Source: Eledone cirrhosa (Eukaryota). From it: 64,000 nt of DNA. The DNA is taken from positions 51,956,001 through 52,020,000 of the forward strand of contig OZ024751.1 of NCBI GenBank assembly GCA_964016885.1, written 5' to 3'. How positions within the stretch are numbered: position 1 is the first letter of the stretch; every line of letters begins with the position of its first letter. The notes under the pieces are model-generated. The model did not search any database, was not told the origin of the DNA, and saw only the letters and a program-made list of their open reading frames with translations. This document shows, one piece after another, positions 24,270-38,447 of the stretch. A program made the position numbers and the translations under genes.

Positions 24270-25225
24270 AAAATGTGGCGCGAATGTCAAAGTTGGCCAA
24301 CACAGATTTCTCCTGCTTCAGTCACATGATCTCTACACACTTGCAGCAGAAGAAAAAAAATTTATTATTATTATTATTATATATATATTTTAAATCAATT
24401 AGTATTATTTATTTTACGTAATTTCTTATTGCTAGAATGATAAAATTAAGGCATTACCGTTAACAAAAATTAAAAATAGTAATTTTCAAATTTAAAAATA
24501 AAAGAAAACTGGTTCAACTGCTAGTGCGGGGTTAGGTGAGGTTTGCCCAACAAAAGCGCGGGATTGTTACATTGCAGGTGTAAATGAACAAGATTGATAT
24601 TTACGTTTAAAAAAAAAATATAAGTTGATGTAGCAACTGTTATGGATAATTGAACTAAATATTATCGTTGGTTAGGTAATCAGTGTCTAGAATATTCTGC
24701 AAGTTACGGAAAAGTTGTTTATATAAAAACACTATATACATATATGATATATATCAATGAATACTTCGAGCCAACGTGGGAACCTCTCGTAGAAATAGCT
24801 GTATTTCCTTTAAATCATACTCTACTGCTTTAAAAAAAACAAATTAGATAACGTAGTTCTCGATAATCAGCAAAAGGACAGGATGGTCAAACCTGGAATA
24901 TTTTTCTTCAAGTGTCAGATCCCTCTAAGCCGAACAACAATGAATGCTTATTTCCATATGTACATTTCATTTTTTTTTTATTTTTCAGTTCTCATACGAT
25001 ATGTAATTCAGTTATATAACTAATAATATTAATACACACACATACAGTAGATTATATAAAGAATAGAACCTGTTATTTCGTTGCCTGTTACTATTTTAGT
25101 TTCTAGCATTGTAAGTATGCTAAGTCACAAAATTGGCGCGCTAATATTTTGTCAACAAATTAGTTCAGCACCACCATCCTCGCCCCCTTTTTTTTTCAAC
25201 TAAGTTTTTCTTAAAGAAGCGCCCA
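24270..25225 (-). promoter_or_regulatory. Probable BAZ1B promoter/5' region with E2F-like sites
   Basis: TGGCGCGAA (24276), GCGCGGGA (24556) and TTGGCGCG (25133) in an otherwise AT-rich background just upstream of the start exon. Confidence 0.45.
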
Positions 25226-25659
25226 ATTAGTTTTCTTCATCTAATCAATATTAACTTTTCGGAGTTCTATATTTTTAATTATAATTATAATTAATAAATA
25301 ACAAAAACATTTTTATGAAGTTATAAATTAATTTAATTTCAGTAGTAATTCCATTTATATCTAGCATATTTTATAGGGATATTACAAAGAGACGAGAGTA
25401 GTACACGACAATTTTTAGTCCCTCTCAAACTAGTGGGAGGGTAGAAGGTAACCGCAGACATGGCCCGACCCGAGGGTCTAAACATATCATCCAAGTAGGC
25501 CATAACAGAATTTGAACTGAGAACGCACGGAGCCAGAACAAATATCACAACGCATCTCGTCCGACGCTCTAACAATCCCACCAAACCTCTGTTCCAAACA
25601 ATTTTCTTTTATCGATCTGGAAAGGGTGAAAAGTAAAGTTGACCTCGGCAGTATTTTAA

Positions 25660-25895
25660 CCCTTTCGTTATCATATTTCTAATGAGACATTACCGATGCT
25701 TTTCAAATTATCGAGAATATTAAGAGATTTAATTATATAACTAAATTTCTCATAATAAGCTGGTGTTTTTTGCAGCATAACAAAGGTTCTTACACAAAAT
25801 TATGACGTAGGGTCTCATAAATATAAGCGCTTTAAATTAAATAGCTTAGTACTCTAGAACTTAGGGCGGTTTCAGATAGAAAAATATAAAAAGGG
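25660..25895. mobile_element. piggyBac-like MITE inserted in a SINE
   Basis: TTAA TSDs (25656-59, 25896-99) flank CCCTT...AAGGG ends. Confidence 0.7.
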
Positions 25896-27169
25896 TTAAT
25901 TTAGAGTGCAGACTCGGAACCTATACATAAAGTCATTCTATCAACTTGCCACCTTCAGTGCCCCATAGAATTTACTAGGGTCGCTAATGTTCTGATATTC
26001 TGAAAGGAAGCATAATCTTGTTTCCTTTCGTATACATTTCTTGCCCTGTCCTTGAGTAATAAATTAGTATTTTAAAGTCATTTTATTAGGAAATTTACTT
26101 TTGAATATATATGTATGAAGAGGGACGGAAAGAGGATATCGTTAAATAAGGTACTCAGTTAGTACCGGGTTTAAGGCAAATGAGACCCTGTGCTAGTTAA
26201 GTTATGAAGCCTCTTAAAAGCATTTGAAAATTCATCGTAAAAAATGGGGGGGGGGGGGCAAGAAGATGCCTCCGGCCAACGGGACCCTTTGTATAAGTAC
26301 ACCTAAGCACAATGATTAATCCGGCAGTGTACTCAATACATTAAATAAATATACATAATTTATTTAATACAGAAATTATTTCTACGAGACTAGAACTGTT
26401 CATTCATTAGTATAGACGCAAACGCCCATATTTATATAATTAGTCTGATATATGACATATACAATGTCGGATTTAAGTGTTAATAAGACCTTAGTAAAAT
26501 AATCATAGCATAAAACAAAAATTAGGACGTGGCCTCTACTCCGTATATCTTGATCTGAAATAAATTATATTTTGGCTTAGATGATACAAAATATATATAT
26601 TTCTAATATTGTCATGATTTTAGGGAAAAACTAGCCCCTTATACGCCAGGAAGATGAACGAGAAAAAATCAACCACAAGATTTGAATTTAGGTAAAGGGA
26701 AATAACTAATGACCTGATTGTGTTTCTTGTGTTCTCGGGTGTGTCTTCTAATAATATTGATTTCTGACATTGTCACAAGGCAACACATACTGGGGCATGT
26801 CTATAGTCAATTATATCGCCCTCTTTAATTGATTGCTGATTGCTTTATCGATCACTGGAAGGATGAAAGGCAAAATCAATTCTGGAGAGAATTGAAATCA
26901 GGGTGCAAAGGGACATAACTAAATGTAGCTTGTTTCTGTAAGCAGTCGTTTATGCTAGAAAGCATGACGCCCGACCCTCTACCGATACTGCCAATCCACC
27001 GCCCGTATATTTTAAAATAATGTTGATTGAAATTTGTACTACAGCAATAAATTTACTTTATAGTAAAATTAAAGTTTCTAAGGGACACGTTGTTTAGCGT
27101 ATTAATAATTAATTGATTAAATAATATAAGTCACAGCTAGTTAAAACAAAGAGTTTCAGTCTACTATAT

Positions 27170-29471
27170 ATGGCATGAGATGTATAACTCTGGAGATGTG
27201 AACTCTATACTCCAGAGCATCCTGGACTCAATATGGATAGCGTGTGCAGCATCAGTGCCACGGAAGCGGAAAAATAACCACCCCAAAAGTGCAATCTGGG
27301 AAACTTCAGCGGTCCGACTTGCCAGGAAAGAACGTCGGAACGCTGAACGGGAATATAAACTGCATAGATCAGATGCCAACAGAAAAAAGCGGAATAAATC
27401 TTCTAACCATCTCAAGCAAGTGACAAAGAAGGCAGTGCTTGAATTTGAACAGTGCATCGCAACCAATCCTGACAGTAAGGTGTTCTGGAAATATGTTCAT
27501 TCAAAGCAGAGACCTCACTCTCCAGTTTGTCCTCTTCGCAATCCCCACACAAGCCAGATCACTGACGATCCCAAGGAATGCGCAGAACTCATTGCTGAGT
27601 GCTATGCAAGTATTTTTACAGTTGAAAACCAGAATGTACCATCTCCACCATCTCTAACATCAAATTCCATAACAACTATGGAATTTACACCTGCAATGTT
27701 GCGACGTCACCTTAAGAATAAGCGCAACTATGCCTCCCCTGGTCTTGATGGTGTGACATACCTGCTTCTTAAACGTGGCGGGGATTTCCTTTTGCGCCAG
27801 CTTTCTTTTTTCTTTCAATACTGTCTCAGCAATGGTGCTACTCCGGAGCAGTGGAAAACTGCCAGTGTCATTCAAAAAGGGCAACCGCATGTCACCTGTC
27901 AACTATCGTCCAGTCAGTCTTACTAGCTGTATGGCCAAACTGATGGAATCCTGTGTCAGAGAAACACTTTGGAACTTCTGGAGCTCTCACAGCCTCATCC
28001 GGCCCTCACAGTTTGGATTTATCCCTAACTCCAGCTGCTGTGATCAGCTTATCGAGTTCCTTGAGGACATCACCCGGATCACTGACAACGGCTCATGGGT
28101 GGATGTTGTTTACCTTGACTTTGCTAAGGCTTTTAATTCTGTGCGACACAAAAGACTTATGGCAAAACTCTCTGCAATGGGTGTGAGGGATAATCTTTTC
28201 GACTGGCTGAAATCCTTCATTCTCAGCCGAAAGGAAGTAGTCACGGTTCTAGGACAGCATTCTTCACCATATGAGATGTCATCTGGTGTACCACAGGGAT
28301 CTGTTCTTGGTCCTCTTTTGTTTGTGGCATATATTAATGACATAGATGCCAACTTACAGAATGCCACGGTACTAAAATATGCAGATGACATCAAGCTGTA
28401 CCTTGAAATCAAAAGGACTGATCCTGAAATTTACAACTCTTTCCTACAGTCAGACCTGGACACAATGCAGCAATGGATCACAGACTGGCAACTGAAGCTG
28501 GCTGTGGACAAGTGTACCACCATGCATTTTGGAAGGAAAAATCCAGCGTCCACATACTCCCTCCACAACACTGACATCAAAAAGTCCTCTTGTGAACGTG
28601 ACCTGGGCATTACTGTCAGCAACGATTTGCGTTGGACAAAGCATGTCTCTAAGATTGTCAAGAAGGCCGAGGGTGTCTTGGCATCACTCAGCAAGACCTT
28701 TGTTAGCCGCTCTCCAGCCATCTATTTAAAACTGTATACAGCTATGGTGCAACCACACTTGGAATTCGCATCATCAGTCTGGAACCCCTATCTTGCTCGG
28801 AACATTGACCTCCTGGAAACTGTTCAGAGACGTGCAACCAAGCGCATACCCTCCATCAGACACCTACCATACTCTGAACGCCTTGCTTCCCTGGGCATGG
28901 ATTCATTGAAGCTCCGACGTCTGGCAATGGACTTGGTGAATACCCACAAAGTTTTTAACCATCTCGCCAACTGCAACCCTGAGCGCCTCTTTGATCTCCA
29001 TGTGTCTAACACACGTGGACATGCCTACAAGATAAGAAAACAGCACAGCTCCCATGACTTTCGCAGACATTTTTTCACGCTCAGAGTTGCTGAAGCATGG
29101 AACAAACTGCCTGCGTTAATTGTTAGCTGCCGAGACACTGCATCCTTTAAGACACTCATGCTTCCCAAAATACGCCAAAACTACACCTGATGTACCCCTT
29201 CCATACACATGCACACGTGTGTATCATGACTCGTGCACTGTTCATTTTACTGATGTTTGTGCATTGCCCTATGTACTGTACATGCACTTTTTTGATGAGT
29301 TGTGGTGCACCTGGGCACTGTACACAATATTTCATTATTGTTATTATATCATGACTCATACACTGTTCATTTTCCTGACATTTGTACATTATTCTATGTA
29401 CTATACATGCACCTTTGATGAGTTGTAGTGCACCTGAGCACTGTACACAATAATTTCATTATTATTATTAT
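27170..29471 (+). mobile_element. CR1-clade LINE, 5'-truncated, ORF2 with one frameshift (~27870), 3' UTR and (ATT)n tail
   Basis: ORFs 27180-27926 and 27775-29190 contain SPGLDG, NYRPVSLTS, YLDFAKAF, SGVPQGSVLGPLLF, YADD, ERDLG, NTRGH and FFTLRV..WNKLP. Confidence 0.95.
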
Positions 29472-29729
29472 AAAGGTAGTTATTCATATATTCATGACCA
29501 AGACAACTCACAAATGACCCAGTCCTAACTTTTGATAGGCATTATGTATAACAGCAAATATATTTTAGCTTACAATTCAACATTTGATTCCTCTTATACC
29601 TAGTTTTTCTTTCAGCTTATCCATACTTCACCATTTACACACAGTAACATAATACATCCATTGGAGCATGCTTACTTCATTTCTCTCCAGCCTCTATAGA
29701 AAAAAATGTTAAATGTATGTATATATATA

Positions 29730-29935
29730 TGTACCAAAGAAGGGAGATCTCTCTAACACCAACAACTACAGAGGGATCTCCCTGACGTCACTTGTGATAA
29801 AGACACTCAACAGGATGATTCTTAACAGGATCCAGACCGAGATGGAGAAGCTCAGGGACAACCAGACCGGCTGCAGAGAGGGAAGATTAACCACCAGTCA
29901 GATCCTGATGCTGAGGAGAAATTTAGAAGGTGGCA
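29730..29935 (+). mobile_element. Internal RT fragment of another non-LTR (RTE-like) element
   Basis: VPKKGDLSNTNNYRGISLTS...NRMILNRI...LRDNQ.G.R.GR.TT.QI. Confidence 0.8.
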
Positions 29936-31789
29936 AGTTGATATATATATATATCATCATCATCGTTTAATGTCCATCTTCCATGCTAGCATGGGTTGGA
30001 ATGATTATTTCCCACCAAACACAATGGGGGTGTAGATCTGCAAAACTCTGATGGTCTTTCAGCCCCCATTACCCCTCCTTTTTCTACAAAGATAGTCATT
30101 TCCAACTGGTTTGGAGGTCATATTCGTTGATACCACATGAAAAAAAAATGTAGAGAAAACTCTAAAACTTCCTGTTTTCCAGGGCAAAAAAATCAGCAAT
30201 TACCTTGGAGGTTAAAGTGGTCGATAGCACATGAAAAAAAAAAAAAAAAAAAACGATGAAAAATCATTTTTTCCCACCAAAATTGAGGGGGGTTCTATAA
30301 ATTGACCTATATATATATATATATATGTGTGTGTGCGTGTATATTTAATATACATATGTATATATCATCATCATCATTTAACCTTTATTTTCCATGATTG
30401 TATAAGTTTGATGGGTTGTCACGTTATGATACAGTCAGGTCAGGTGACCACATCTTGCTCATATGGATCTGTATTTTGACTTGGTTTTTAGGGGTGGATG
30501 CCCTTCCTCATACCAACCATATTACAGCATGAACTTTGTGCTTTTCAACATGGCACTAAAATGATTATCCCACAGGAGGGGCTGGGTGCCTTTTCATCTT
30601 GGTACCAGCAAGGCCACCTTATACGGTGGACTGGATGCTTTCTTGTCGTGCTTTCAGTATGGCTACCTTACAGTGTAGACGGGGTGGTTTTATTTTAATC
30701 ATGTCTCCAGCACGACCACATTACAGGGTGGACTAAAGAGGAGAACAGTTGTAGAGCGTGTCCAGTTTTCCATGCTTGTATGGGCAGGATAGGAAAGGTG
30801 TATCAGGGGTGTGAAAGGTGAAGGTTAGGGTAACAAGTGATAGGGGTGGGTGGGGGAATTAAAATTGGGGAAGGTGCATGAGGGAAGAGAAAGAATAGTG
30901 TTCGATTAGTGTCCTCTACATGTTTGTTTCATCCTGTGCAAATGGGTCACCAGGTTTTCTGCAGGATCATCAGAGATCTTGATCCTGTTTCATCTCCTTT
31001 GAGAGGTTTGTGTGAAGTCAGCTTTTATCATTTCATCCTAAGCTGTCCTAGGTCTTCCTCATCCATATTTTCTGTCACCCTCCATATAAATTACATGTCT
31101 ATACCACTGCAATCTCCTCTCCTGCATCAAATTCCTCTTATGCTTAGTTTCTCTCTCAGTTCTTGTACATTACTATTACACATTAATTGGAGCACGGAAG
31201 CTTCATTTCTTTCCAATATATATACACTCAATAAAATAGACAAATAGCGTTAAAAATAAAAAAATCTTTAATCTTACAACAGATTTAGAACGGCAAGGGA
31301 AGTAACCTATTTCTGGATTATACAAGGATTATGTCCCTCTCTAGTTACACGTGTGCGCCATAAGCTTGCTAACACTTTCTATTTACCAAATTCATTCACA
31401 AGTCATTTGTCGGTCGGCTGAAGCTATAAAATAAACAGAAAACACTCGCCCAAAGTACCATACTTTGAGATCGATCCATGAATCATGTGGTTGCAAAGTA
31501 AATTTCTTAATCTTAGTCATCCCTGCATTCATTACAGGGTCTCTCAGTGTAAGTTGTAACAGTTGTTCAGAGTGTTTCTGACAACCACCACCACCACCAT
31601 CACCATCTTGAACAAATAATAAACAAAGGAAAGAAACAAATTGGAGGTGAAATGATTTATTTGTAAACCAGCAGCTGTCCAGGTGTGGAAGGAAATCAAA
31701 ATATGGAATTGAAAGAGTTGTTTTTGTTTGTTGTTGTCTTGAAATCTGAATTAAGTGAATCATAATTGTTAAGTTGTCATAAAACATGG

Positions 31790-31823
31790 TGATAGATAGA
31801 TACAAAGATAGATAGATAGATAC

Positions 31824-31867
<44 letters not shown>

Positions 31868-32060
31868 GTAGATAGGTAGATAGATAGGTAGGTAGATAGA
31901 TAGATAGGTAGGTAGGTAGATATGTGGATGGATTGATATATAGGTAGGTAGACAGGTTGAGAGATTGATGGTTGAAGATATGTAGATATATGTAGGTAGG
32001 TAGGTAGATGGATAGATACATAGTTAGATAGATGGATAGAAAGAAATATAAATAGATCCA
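31790..32060. repeat. (GATA/GGTA)n microsatellite
   Basis: Read directly from the sequence. Confidence 0.9.
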
Positions 32061-32956
32061 AAGATAGAAAGGTGGAGACAAAGGTAGTTAGATATATGAT
32101 ATTTAGATGGATATTGTTGTTCAGCCATGATGATTCCATCCCTTTTTTTTTTTTCATGTATCAAATGTGTCTTTTTCAAAGACAATGGAATGTGATTTCA
32201 AGGAAATCTGATTGCAATTTCTAAGACGTTGAATGACGACATAGTCTTTCTCATGGTAGACTAGATGGTTAGATGTATGAATAGATAGATAGAGAGGGGG
32301 ATAGAGGGGGAAAGAGACAACACACACATTGAAAGAAAGAGAAATAAACAGATAAATCACATTCATCGTTATTTTACAAACACTTCCATGCATCAGCATC
32401 GTTGTCATCATGAACATCATCATCATCATCATCACCATTTTATGTCTGCTTTCCATGCTGGCATGGATGGTTGGGTTGTCATCGTTTAAGTGAGTTCTTA
32501 CTTGGATATTCTGTCCTACTAGAAGGATCGGCGGATCACATCTCACTCATATGTTCTCTTTTGGGCATGGTTTATATGGCTAGATGTCCTTCCTAACATC
32601 AACCATGTTACAGAGTGTACTGGGTGCATTTATTCAATGTAGTGCCAGCATGAGAGAGAGGAAGAGAGAGTGTGTGTACTGTGTACATTTCATTGTAGTA
32701 CCAGTATGAGAGAGAGGGGGAAGGAAAGAGGGAGAGGATGTGGTTTCCTGAAAGATTAAAGTGTTCTCCCTACTCTAGATTGCCTCTAATCTTTAAAAAC
32801 AAATATAACCAAGAGAGTGAATAGAAAAGAGAGTAATGACTAAGAAAGGGAAAGAAAAATGAGTAGGAATGTGAAAGAGATAGATATATAGATTCACAAG
32901 CACATACATACTCACACACATATATATACACACACATACACATACATATATATATA

Positions 32957-33330
32957 CAGTGTAACCCCCCCCCCCCCCCCCCCCCGGACATCCGCAGTCT
33001 CAGTTATTCGCAGAATTTTCCTTAGAACCTAACTAATAATTGTTTGTGGAAACCACCATATGTTCGCAGAATTGTAAATATTTTCCGCCATTTTTTTATG
33101 GCTTTTTTCGTGGCAATATATATATTTTTTAGCCTTAAATTATTAACAACAATATACCGTATTTGCTGGCCTATTGGACGCCCCTTCGCATAAGATGCTC
33201 CCTCTTTTTTTTTAAAATATATTTTGACGTTAATAGGCATTTTTATGGACCAATATTGGCAGTTTTTCACTCTTTACGGGTGCTCTGCTCTAGGAATGTA
33301 ACCCCCTCGAATACGGGGGGGACACAACTT
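32957..33330. mobile_element. Pogo/Tigger-like MITE remnant
   Basis: Left end TA-cagtgtaacccc...; right end ...cgaatacggggggacacaact within a TA run. TIRs are imperfect. Confidence 0.5.
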
Positions 33331-33924
33331 TATATATATTTATATATACATACAGAAAAAGAGAGAGCAAAAAGGGTAGATAGATTCATATATATGAAGA
33401 TTCATCCAGAGCTAGAGTAAAAGAGTAAGGGATAAACAAATGGACACAAATAGATAAATCGATGAGCTAAAGGGTATTGAACTAAATCATAATCTATAAA
33501 GCTCAGTGTGTAGTCATGCTCCTTCGTTATAGAAATCTACGATATAGAATTTCTTCAATTGAAATTTACAATTCAGTATTCGAAATAGTTTCGATTGCGT
33601 CTTGGCACAGATAATTTTTTTCAATTTCACCCACAATTACGCAAAAAATAGATAAAACTCAATATTTTACGATTTTTCTCTCTCATTTAAACTGCTGAAC
33701 TCTTTCTACTACCATTCAAAATCCATACAACTTCATACTTTCTGCTACTTTCTCTTTCCAAGCTTGATGGTGATACTGTCCGTTCACACCACTCCCTACT
33801 GTCTTAAATTTAGAAAACACATATCCTCTATGAGGTTACTAAACCTGCTAGAAACAGCAGCTAACTCTCCCCCATATCACACCACTCCCTACTGTCTTAA
33901 ATTTAGAAAACACACAGACAACCA

Positions 33925-34200
33925 TGCAGAACAACTCCATCGCAGCTCTGTTGTTCGGCTGGCATCGTCTACGCGCGTGTTGCGCAAGTACTGTGAAACA
34001 ATAAATTTCAACACTTTTGTGCCCAGAGATAATATCCATAGGCGAAACTACAATTGTCACTGCTGGCGCAGCTCATGCTTCCAGGTCTGCAATTCATTCA
34101 CCCAGTGCCTGGCAGACAAAAAAGTGCTGCCATAAAATGGGTGGTGCAACCTAACTTTGGTAACTTAATGACTCTGAGCAACGCCGGGCTTTAATGCTAG
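33925..34200 (+). mobile_element. Helitron-like 3' end
   Basis: Subterminal GC-rich motif gagcaacgccggg, then terminal CTAG followed by T at 34201. The 5' boundary is uncertain. Confidence 0.55.
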
Positions 34201-34894
34201 TGTCATATAAAAAGAAAAAGAAAATCCTTTCTTGGCAAACCCTCATTCCCACCCTACAAAAACAAATCTAACAGTAATTGTTAGCAACTCTCACAGAAAT
34301 AATATTTACTACATCCACTTTTAACTTAATTATCAAAATTTATGCCAATGACTTATTTGCTAATTATATTTCTATTTATACAAATTTTTCTGGTCACCGT
34401 AACATTTCCATTCTTGTTTTTTACCGACAAACGAAGTTAAGGCTTGTTTCAAGCATGCAAATTAACTTCAGAAATTATTTCTTCAAATTATCTCCCCTTT
34501 TCTTAGAGAGTTCCTAATAATTGTCGCTGTCTTTGTTTTATTTCTCCAGCCCAGACAAACTTTTAAAATAATTAAAAAGATTTTGAATATAGCATTCAGT
34601 ACATCACCCCTTAACTTAATTATCCAAATTCATGCCATTAATCATTTGAGTTACTTCCCTTAGCTAATACTATATAGCTCCATTCAGAGATGATAGATAG
34701 ATAGATAAATAAATAGATAGACAGACTGTAACAAACACAGGTAAGTTAATGGTTAGATATCTACATTGGTAAACAAATATAGAAACAGTGATATACATAG
34801 AAATTTGATACACATCTATAACATGTATAGAAACATACACACACACTCACACACACATACATAATTACACAGGAATGTATATAAAGTGTTGAAC

Positions 34895-34943
<49 letters not shown>

Positions 34944-35183
34944 AAGTTACACAGGAAGGTATATAGTGTCATACATGTAAATATTACACAGAAAGACAAG
35001 GGGACTATTTAAGGGATAGATACTCGAAGTGCAGAGATGGGGATATGTATATATATATACATAAATAGAGAGAAAGAGTGAGAAATAATAGAAAAGAGGA
35101 GAGAGAGATGATAGAAAGAAGAGAAAAGAGTGATAGAAGATAGATAGATAGATATTTCAATAGTGTTGAACATTGATAAAAGT

Positions 35184-35330
35184 TCAGTGCAACCGATACT
35201 TTTTTGATGTCTTCAGATTGAGATAAGACTTCTTTAGCGAATCTTCATCATCTTTAGCAAATAGAGTGAACCTTTCTCCTTTAGTACTAACAACCTTGTT
35301 GTCTAAATAACGTACCAGTTTCTTGGGTAC
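35184..35330 (-). CDS. CUEDC2: CUEDC2 last coding exon ([48 protein letters not shown])
   Basis: ttacag acceptor, TGA at 35186-35184. Matches the CUEDC2 C-terminus [20 protein letters not shown]...YINLKPARKYRFH. Confidence 0.97.
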   Translation of the reverse strand, partial: [48 protein letters not shown]

Positions 35331-35915
35331 CTGTAAGAAGAAAAAAACAATGTAAGACTATGTAAAGTATAAGGTGGAGGGGGAGGGAGAAATAATCGAG
35401 ATTTAGTCCTGATAACTAATTGTGGATGTGAAATGGAAGAAAGCACTCCGTCGGTTACGACAACGAGTGTTCCAGTTGATCTTGAGTTCATAAACAGCAT
35501 CAGATTAGTATAGGTTCTGTTATGTTCATGTTAGATAAACATATATTTTATAAGAAGCACAGTGATATATGTGCTATGCTGGGATTGTTTTGGGGCATAT
35601 GTGATGTAAATTATTATTATAGAAACTGTAATATGACAGCTGCAGCCTGATTACGTCCACCATCCTCATACCAATAACTATTGCAGGTCAGTGGTTGTTT
35701 GCCAAGAAGTTTGGAAAATAGTTTAGATGGTCATGTGTGATTTTTACTTTTCCTTGGGTGGTAGGGGTCATATGTGGGTTTATGGATTATGTTGCTTAAG
35801 TTTGTTCTTGATATAATCATGTTCAAGTTTAGGCAATTGACAGTCCTAATTGCAAAAATACATATTTCAAAGAAGCACACAGACACACAGATGTATTTAT
35901 GAATGTTTAACCTAC

Positions 35916-35976
35916 ACTTTTGGGAGCAGCTGGTCTATATATCTTCTTATCTTCTTCTTCATCTATATAAGCATAT
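35916..35976 (-). CDS. CUEDC2: CUEDC2 coding exon (YAYIDEEEDKKIYRPAAPKS)
   Basis: tttcag acceptor, GTAGGT donor, phase 2/0. Matches [20 protein letters not shown]. Confidence 0.93.
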
Positions 35977-36526
35977 CTGAAACAGAAAAAAACAACACAT
36001 TTTTATTTACATTTACGCAATGCTGCAAATTCTAGAGATTATATTAACCTCAGTTAATTACTGGTACTTATGCTATTGAACCCCAAAAGGTTAAAAAGCA
36101 AATTAAATCTCAATTTAGAATGTAAAGCGTTCAATTTGTTGTTTTGGGAAATTGTTGTTTAAGAAACGAAATGCCTTCTAATCGACATATCAGTCCCAAC
36201 AAATGATGATTCATCTCTCAAAGACATGAAGAAATTATTCAAATACAAAAATCTAGAAATAGAGATAACCCAATTGTGAGTGATGAAAACAAATAATCCC
36301 TACAATTAATAAGTATCTTAGGAATGTTATTAAAAAAAAACACAGATAAATACATAACCCCAACCCCAACACGCAGAAAATAACACTAGTAGGTACTACA
36401 CATATATTATATGGAATAGTTGCAATACAATAAAAACACCACCACCAAAACGTAACATACTCAAGGTAAACAGAGCTGTACTTGCTAATGCGATGATAGA
36501 ATGCAATAAAAATAAGAGCTACTGAA

Positions 36527-36773
36527 TAATGATGATAATATAATGATAATAATAAAATTATAGTGTACAGTGCTCAGGTACACTACAACTCATCAAAGGT
36601 GCATGTATAGTACATAGAATAATGTACAAATGTCAGGAAAGTGAACAATGTATGAGTCATGATATACATGTGTGTGTGTGTATGGAGGGGGGATATCAAG
36701 TGTAGTGTTGGTGAATTTCAGGAAGCATGGAGGTTTTAAAGGATGCAGTATCCTAGCAGCTAACAACTGATGC
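36527..36773 (-). mobile_element. CR1 LINE 3'-end fragment (diverged, single 3' UTR module)
   Basis: Similar to about 29115-29471 in reverse complement, but lacks the duplicated module. Confidence 0.85.
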
Positions 36774-36869
36774 AAATGATGAAGATAATGGAGATGATGA
36801 TAGTTGTGATGTTAATGATGATAAAAAAGCCCTAAACCATACACATATGAACAACATAGAGAAAATCAC

Positions 36870-38447
36870 ATTACAAGGTACAGTATACATTTCAAGGTAC
36901 TGTACACATTAGAAGGTACTGTATACATTTCGAGGTATTGTATACATTTCAAGGTATTGTACACATTAGAAGGTACTGTATACATTTCAAGGTACTGTAC
37001 ACATTAGAAGGTACTGTATACATTAGAAGGTACAGTATACATTTCAAGGTATTGTATACATTTCAAGGTACAGTATACATTTCAAGGTACTGTACACATT
37101 AGAAGGTACTGTATACATTTCAAGGTACAGTATACATTTCAAGGTATTGTACACATTAGAAGGTACTGTACACATTAGAAGGTACTGTACACATTAGAAG
37201 GTACTGTATACATTTCAAGGTACTGTACACATTAGAAGGTACTGTATACATTTCAAGGTACAGTATACATTTCAAGGTATTGTACACATTAGAAGGTACT
37301 GTACACATTAGAAGGTACTGTACACATTAGAAGGTACTGTACACATTTCAAGGTATTGTACACATTAGAAGGTACTGTACACATTAGAAGGTACTGTACA
37401 CATTTCAAGGTATTGTACACATTAGAAGGTACTGTACACATTAGAAGGTACTGTATACATTTCAAGGTACTGTACACATTAGAAGGTACTGTATACATTA
37501 GAAGGTACTGTATACATTTCAAGGTACAGTATACATTTCAAGGTATTGTACACATTAGAAGGTACTGTACACATTAGAAGGTACTGTACACATTAGAAGG
37601 TACTGTACACATTAGAAGGTACTGTACACATTAGAAGGTACTGTACACATTAGAAGGTACTGTACACATTTCAAGGTATTGTACACATTAGAAGGTACTG
37701 TACACATTAGAAGGTACTGTATACATTTCAAGGTACTGTACACATTAGAAGGTACTGTATACATTAGAAGGTACTGTATACATTTCAAGGTACTGTACAC
37801 ATTAGAAGGTATTGTATACATTTCAAGGTACTGTACACATTAGAAGGTACTGTATACATTTCAAGGTACTGTATACATTTCAAGGTACTGTATACATTAG
37901 AAGGTACTGTATACATTTCAAGGTACTGTACACATTAGAAGGTACTGTATACATTAGAAGGTACTGTATACATTTCAAGGTACTGTATACATTTCAAGGT
38001 ACAGTATACATTTCAAGGTACTGTACACATTAGAAGGTACTGTATACATTTCAAGGTACTGTATACATTAGAAGGTACTGTATACATTTCAAGGTACTGT
38101 ACACATTAGAAGGTACTGTATACATTTCAAGGTACTGTACACATTAGAAGGTACTGTATACATTTCAAGGTACTGTACACATTAGAAGGTACTGTATACA
38201 TTTCAAGGTACTGTACACATTAGAAGGTATTGTACACATTAGAAGGTACTGTACACATTTCAAGGTATTGTACACATTAGAAGGTACTGTATACATTTCA
38301 AGGTATTGTACACATTAGAAGGTACTGTATACATTTCAAGGTATTGTACACATTAGAAGGTACTGTATACATTTCAAGGTATTGTACACATTAGAAGGTA
38401 CTGTACACATTTCAAGGTACTGTACACATTTCAAGGTACTGTACACA
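36870..38447. repeat. 19-bp minisatellite, about 80 copies (ggtactgtacacattagaa and variants), in a CUEDC2 intron
   Basis: Period of 19 read directly; variants ag/tc, tact/tatt and gtac/gtat are interspersed. Confidence 0.97.

Noticed and set aside
24007-24393. 128-aa plus-strand ORF over the BAZ1B start
   Set aside because: Antisense to the conserved exon 1, begins in a GTT/GTG repeat and has no recognisable homology.
31777-32157. Long YLSI-rich ORFs
   Set aside because: Translations of a (GATA)n microsatellite.
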